Positions 59,040-64,000 of a stretch of DNA of 64,000 bases are shown here, in pieces. Under the pieces are notes generated by a model. That model was not told where the DNA came from. It did no database searches and saw nothing but the letters and a program-made list of their open reading frames with translations. The DNA lies in NCBI RefSeq assembly GCF_018977255.1, contig NW_024704743.1, positions 107,820,001 through 107,884,000 on the forward strand, given 5' to 3'. Numbering within the stretch: the first letter of the stretch is position 1; every line of letters begins with the position of its first letter. This DNA comes from Callorhinchus milii. Taxonomy: Eukaryota. A program made the translations under genes and the position numbers.

Positions 59040-61680
59040 TAACTTCTCAATCCCTCTCCGCACCTCCACTGAGCCCACCTCCATTTCCTGCTGTGCCTAG
59101 AAAAGAAGCTCCCCCTCCTCCCAGTCTGGCCTACCTCCCGCACCGACTTATCTTCCTTGGTCACTCTCCTCCACAACACCCTCTCCACCATTCTCGATGC
59201 CCATGCCCCCCTCACCTCCTGAACCACATCCTACTCACGAACCTCACCCCGGTCCACCAGCCATCTCCGCTCACTCAAGAGTCAGGTGTGTGCCGCTGAA
59301 TGCTCCTGGCTCAAATCTGATTTAACGGTTCACAGGCAGATCTGGCTGGACCACATAAAAACTTACTGGTCTGCCCTCGCCTATGTTAGATCATCCTTCT
59401 ATTCCAAGGTAATCTTGGAGGCCAAGGACAACCCCAGGCTTCTCTTCCCCACTGGCAACCGGCTCCTCCATCCATCCTTCCTCTCACACCTCGTCCATCC
59501 TCTTCTCCAACTCCAACTGCAAGGAGATGCTGGATTTCCTTGAGACCAAAATCGAGGGGATCCATTCAGCCACCTCCGACCTCCCAACCACCAACCTCTC
59601 CCCATATCTCCCTACACTCCGGCCCCTACCCATCCCTCCCTCCACACCTTGAAACCTGTCTCCCCTTCCTCTCTTATCACCACTATAACCTGCATGAGGC
59701 TCACCACCTGCTCCCTCGACCCCATCCCTACCCGTCTTCTTACCTCCCAGCTGCACTTCCTCGCTCCTTTACTCTCAGATCTCATCAACCTCTCCCTGTC
59801 AACTGGCACCATTCTCACCCCTTAAAAACAGGTGTGATCACCGATATCATAAAAAAACCTTCCCTGATCCCATCCCTGCTCACCAACTACAGTCCCATCT
59901 CCAAGTTCCCTTTCCTTTCCAAGGTCCTTGGAAGAGTTGTTGCTTCCCAGCTTCGCTCCTTGCTCTCCTGCCACTCCCTTTACGAATCCCATCCAATCGG
60001 GTCTCCTTACTGCCCACAGCATGGAAACAACCCTAGTCAAGGTGACAAATGACATTCTGTCCATCTGTGACCAGGGTTCCCTCTGTCTCCTCGACATCTC
60101 TGCTGTCTTTGACACTGTGGACCACTCTATCCTCCTCCACCACCTCTCCTCTCACCTTAACCTTCAAGGTTCTGTCCTTAAATGGTTCAGATCCTATCTC
60201 TTACACCGGCTCCACTTTGTCTCCACAAATGGCTTCTCCTTCAGTCCCCGCACTGTCTTGTACGGTGTTCCTCAGGGCTCTGTCCTCGGTCCTCTCCTCT
60301 TCAACCTGTACCTGCTCCCTCTTGGTGACATCATCTGCAGACATGGGGTCAACTTCCACTTGTACGCAGATAATAATAATAATAATAATAATCCTTGCAT
60401 TTGATATAGCGCTTTTCACGTCGGGAGGACGTCCCAAAGCACTTCACAGAACACACTGTAAAGTGAATTGACTGTATATTTGTGGGCGAACGCGGCAGCC
60501 AATTGCGCACAGCAATGTCCCACAAACAGTCGTAGATTGAAAATGACCAATTTAATTATTGTTTTTTGGTTTTTTGGAGGGATTATTATTAGGCGTGTGG
60601 AGTAAGGAAACTTGCCCAAGGTTTCGCCCTCTGCCTGGAATTGAACTCAGGTCTCTCACTTGCAAAGCGAGTGCTCTAACCACTGAGCTACAGGACTCCA
60701 CATGACACTAGATGACACCCAACTCTATTTCCCTGCTTCCACCCTTGACTCCAGGACCACTAACATACTGACAGACTGCCTATCAGACATCAAGTCCTGG
60801 ATGAGTGACAACTTTCTACAGTTGAATGTCAGCAAGACATTCTGATTGGCTCATGCCAGCAACTCTGCACCTCAGGCACTGGCAGCATCAGCATCCAAGG
60901 ATGCACTCTCCATCTCACCAAACCAGTTAGGAACCTAGGCATCTTATTCGACGATCAATCGTCCTTTCTCCCCTACATCCGTACCATGAATCATTCTGAT
61001 TACCCCATTTCCACAACAATGCTCGACTCTGCCACTGCCTCACTCCTCAGGCTGTCGAAATGCTCATACATGCTTTCATTACAACCATACTCGACTATGC
61101 CAATGCCTTGCTTGTCGGCCTTCCCAACTCTTCCCTCCACAAGCTGCAGATCATACAGAACTCTGCAACTTGTGACCTCTCCCGCACCAGGCTCCGGAAC
61201 CCCATCAACCCCCCCCCCACCTCGCCCGGCTCCACTGGCTCCCCATTGCTCAGAGGATTGAGTTCAAAATTGTTGTCCTCACCTTCAAGGAACTCCATGG
61301 CCTTGCCCCCTCCTACCTTTCTGACCTGCTAATCCTTATCAACTTATCCACTCTCTCCGCTCAGCCTGCTCCATGTCCCCCGCCCCGACTGTTCTGCCAT
61401 CAGTGGTCAGGCCTTCAGCCTCTCTGCTCCCACCCGCTGTAACGCCATCCCACATTCCCTTCGCCTCGCTCCCTCCCTTGCCTCCTTCAAGGCACACCTC
61501 AAGAACCTCCTCTTTGACCATGCCTTCAGCCACCCTCCTACCCTCTCTGCCCTCCACCCTCCCTAATCCCAAACCCCACCCCCCCCCGCTCGGGTCCTTA
61601 TCCCTGACTATCCAGCTCCTTGGGACGTCCTCCTAATGTGAAAGGTGCTTTACAATTGTAATTTTGTATTGTATTGTATT
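59040..61680 (+). mobile_element. Decayed L2 LINE ORF2 (post-endonuclease linker, RT, C-terminus, tail), interrupted by a SINE
   Basis: KDNPRLLF, KKPSL...NYSPISKFPFLSKVL, HSMETTLVKVTND, LLDISAVFDTVDH, GVPQGSVLGPLLF, HLYAD|DTQL; many frameshifts; stem-loop tail. Confidence 0.95.
60372..60701 (-). mobile_element. Young tRNA-derived SINE, full length, short form, inserted in the L2 YADD codons
   Basis: ttgtacgcagat|(aat)n...caggactccac|atgacactagatgacacccaactc. Confidence 0.95.
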
Positions 61681-62683
61681 TTTACAGATCCTGTAATATC
61701 CATATAATTTGTGAAATCCATTGTGTTTGGAACCATTGCTTTCACCTCATCTATCTAGTGGCTTTGCCCAAAGCTTAAAATAATGGCACTTTTCCCAGCA
61801 CCAGAGGCAGACAGCTACTTTCAGCAATGGCTCTCAAAAATGGCCAGCTTTTCGTTGAAGTGTCAGGGAAGCAGTAAGTTAAAGATGGAAAGGCTCCAGA
61901 CAGTATCAAAGAAGCTATTGAGGAAGCTATGGAGTAAATCTCAAGTTTTGGCCAACGGCTAGGAGGAACTATCATTCCAGATAATAATAATAATAGTGCC
62001 AACAACCTGAAGCTTACTGGAAAATAAAGTGCCTCAAGTGACACCCCTTTCCCCTTGCTCATAGCTATTGTCTCATCTACTTGAGTTACAACAGCCTTCA
62101 GAGGGATTTGAACATTGCTATATCGTTGAAAAAGAAGCTGCACCTAAAATGTCTTTAATCAGTGTTTGTAAGGGTGCTTCCCTCTGGTGAGACATGGGAA
62201 TATCCATTCCAGACATGGGAATTTCCATATGTAGATGGGAGGCTTGGAACTCTCAATCTGGTTTAGATATTCTTAAACATGGAGATAGGTTTCTGCAGCC
62301 GACCAAAAATTAAGAAAATTTGCATCTAAACCTTCAAAGAACTGCTGCAATTTAACAGTCTCCTTACAATAATGGTCGCACTGAATGCTGTAAGCCTACC
62401 ATTGTTTCATTAGTTATGGTCAAATATTGGGTCATGTTTATGTCTCTGTCAATTGGTGTAACATCTTCACCTGCTACGCTTGCAAAGAGGAACAAATGTG
62501 TGAGCACAACAATTTTATTAAGATTATTTACTGTCTACTGTTAATTTGGTAACTTTTTATATCTGTGTGACATCTTTCATTTTCATGCTCTTCTTAAGAA
62601 TGGATTTTTAAATACAGGACTTGAAATAATACATATGCAAGTTCAATCAACCTGTTAATGTTTTTCCTCTTTATTGTTTTCAG

Positions 62684-62770
62684 ATGGAAATGGTTATAAG
62701 GTTTTGTGGTTAGCAGCTACTCTCTTGTGGCTCAACAAATAATAAAGCTTTATTGACTCCATGAAATTTT
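62684..62770 (+). other. Candidate terminal exon with polyadenylation signal
   Basis: Strong acceptor tttttcctctttattgttttcag|; phase-1 reading xGNGYKVLWLAATLLWLNK* with the stop overlapping AATAAA (62741-62746). Confidence 0.35.
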
Positions 62771-62837
62771 CTGTAATGTTTTGCCTACTGTTCAGAACTA
62801 CTGTGCAAGAGATTTCCAGGATTTGGTCACACAAGAT

Positions 62838-63358
62838 AACAACAACAATATTTTACATTTATACAGTGCTTTTCACATCAGGATGTCTCAAAACACTGCA
62901 CATAACTATACTGGACCCTGAACCAGTGGGGGAAGGGGAGCTGAAGAGGGAGGAAAGGTGACTTAAAGAACAATAACCAGCACTTATATAGTGCCCTTCA
63001 TTTAGGATAACATCTTGGAGTCTGAAAGAGATAGGTCTTAAGGTGGGTTGTGAAGACAAAGAGGGAAGGGGCAAAGCAAACCGACCCCAGGATGAAGTTC
63101 CATAGAATGGTAGCAGAGTTGCCGAAGGTTCACCCACCAATAGTGAGTCAGAGTAGGCAGTGAATGTGAAGCAGGTTCGTGTTAGCTAAGCATAAGGAGC
63201 AGCATAGGAGTCAGGTCATAGGAGGTTGCAGAGGTGAGGCGAGGTCAAGTAGGTATTTCAAAATAATCTTGAATTCAATCCGATAGGGGTTGGGGAGCCA
63301 GTGGATCCACACGAGGATAGGAGTGATGAGCTCACAGAGCCGAGTTCGAGAAAGCACA
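62838..63358 (-). mobile_element. Two stacked L2 3' fragments
   Basis: Two antisense tails (~62838, ~62970), then antisense ORF end (..LVWIHWLPNPYRIEFKII..), ending near the N at 63367. Confidence 0.7.
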
Positions 63359-63832
63359 CTTTTTTTNATGCTTGGCATTAATGGTTATATGAATTAATTA
63401 TATTAATCATATTAATGGTTATACTAATTATAGGTTCTGTCACACCGCATACTTCCTGATATATATGCATCATGGAAATGTAATTTAACATTCTATTTTT
63501 TATAAATATATGATCATTTAGGAGGTATCGTTTGACATATTCCAACGACATAAATTATTCACACCACAATCATAAACATAGCAATGATGAAAATGACATT
63601 CACCAATAGCCTGCATCTTTCCCTGCTTTACTCGATAAAATGACAACTGAAAATAGTGGGGAAGGGTGTGGGAGCCAGTATAGTTGGGTATTAAATGCTT
63701 TGCAATATTTCACATTCAGTTATCATAAGAATCCTTGCAAATGCATCACATATTGGGTAAAGAAAGCAATTGCTGGAATAGGACTGAGAATGGTTTAAAA
63801 CCGTGTTAGGTGTATAACATTAGAGTAACACA

Positions 63833-63897
63833 TACACACACACACAGATAGATAGACAGACAGATAGATAGACAGACAGATAGATAGACACTCAGAC

Positions 63898-63980
<83 letters not shown>

Positions 63981-63982
63981 TA
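63833..63982. repeat. Compound (CA)n-(GATA)n-(GACA)n microsatellite
   Basis: Directly visible. Confidence 0.97.
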
Positions 63983-64000
63983 ATAATATTAATAATAATA

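Noticed and set aside
466..61680. Recurring hairpin agcgc(c/t)tt..acgtc..gacgtgaaa(a/g)gcgct as CRISPR-like repeats
   Set aside because: Dispersed, on both strands and irregularly spaced; it is the L2/SINE 3' stem-loop, and no cas-like ORFs are present

Overview
Eukaryotic, repeat-dense, mostly non-coding DNA, most likely from a cartilaginous fish and possibly a holocephalan. This taxon is inferred from the repeats: SacSINE1/DeuSINE-like SINEs, CR1 and L2 LINE fragments, and Penelope-type terminal remnants. I recognised no protein-coding gene, rRNA, true tRNA, CRISPR array or prokaryotic system. Most listed ORFs are translations of SINE/LINE fragments or microsatellites. The window holds (i) many copies of an old tRNA-headed Deu-domain SINE, (ii) a younger SINE (tRNA head, unique middle, Deu 3' half, L2 stem-loop tail) in long and short forms, (iii) decayed L2 and CR1 LINE pieces, several nested, including a 5' CR1 piece with the ORF1 esterase, (iv) two Penelope-like remnants with hammerhead-ribozyme cores, (v) several MITE-like inverted repeats, and (vi) an older AmnSINE2-like family. 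Unexplained signals in unique sequence are a degenerate ~300-bp module repeated three times at 16.5-17.5 kb, candidate exons with good splice sites (minus strand left of ~41.7 kb, plus strand right of it, ending at AATAAA at 62.7 kb), and an octamer/NF-kB/RUNX/YY1 motif cluster at 35.7-36.4 kb. Family names come from recall of consensus sequences and were not verified by search. Repeat boundaries are approximate (about +/-10-30 bp). Exon calls are hypotheses.
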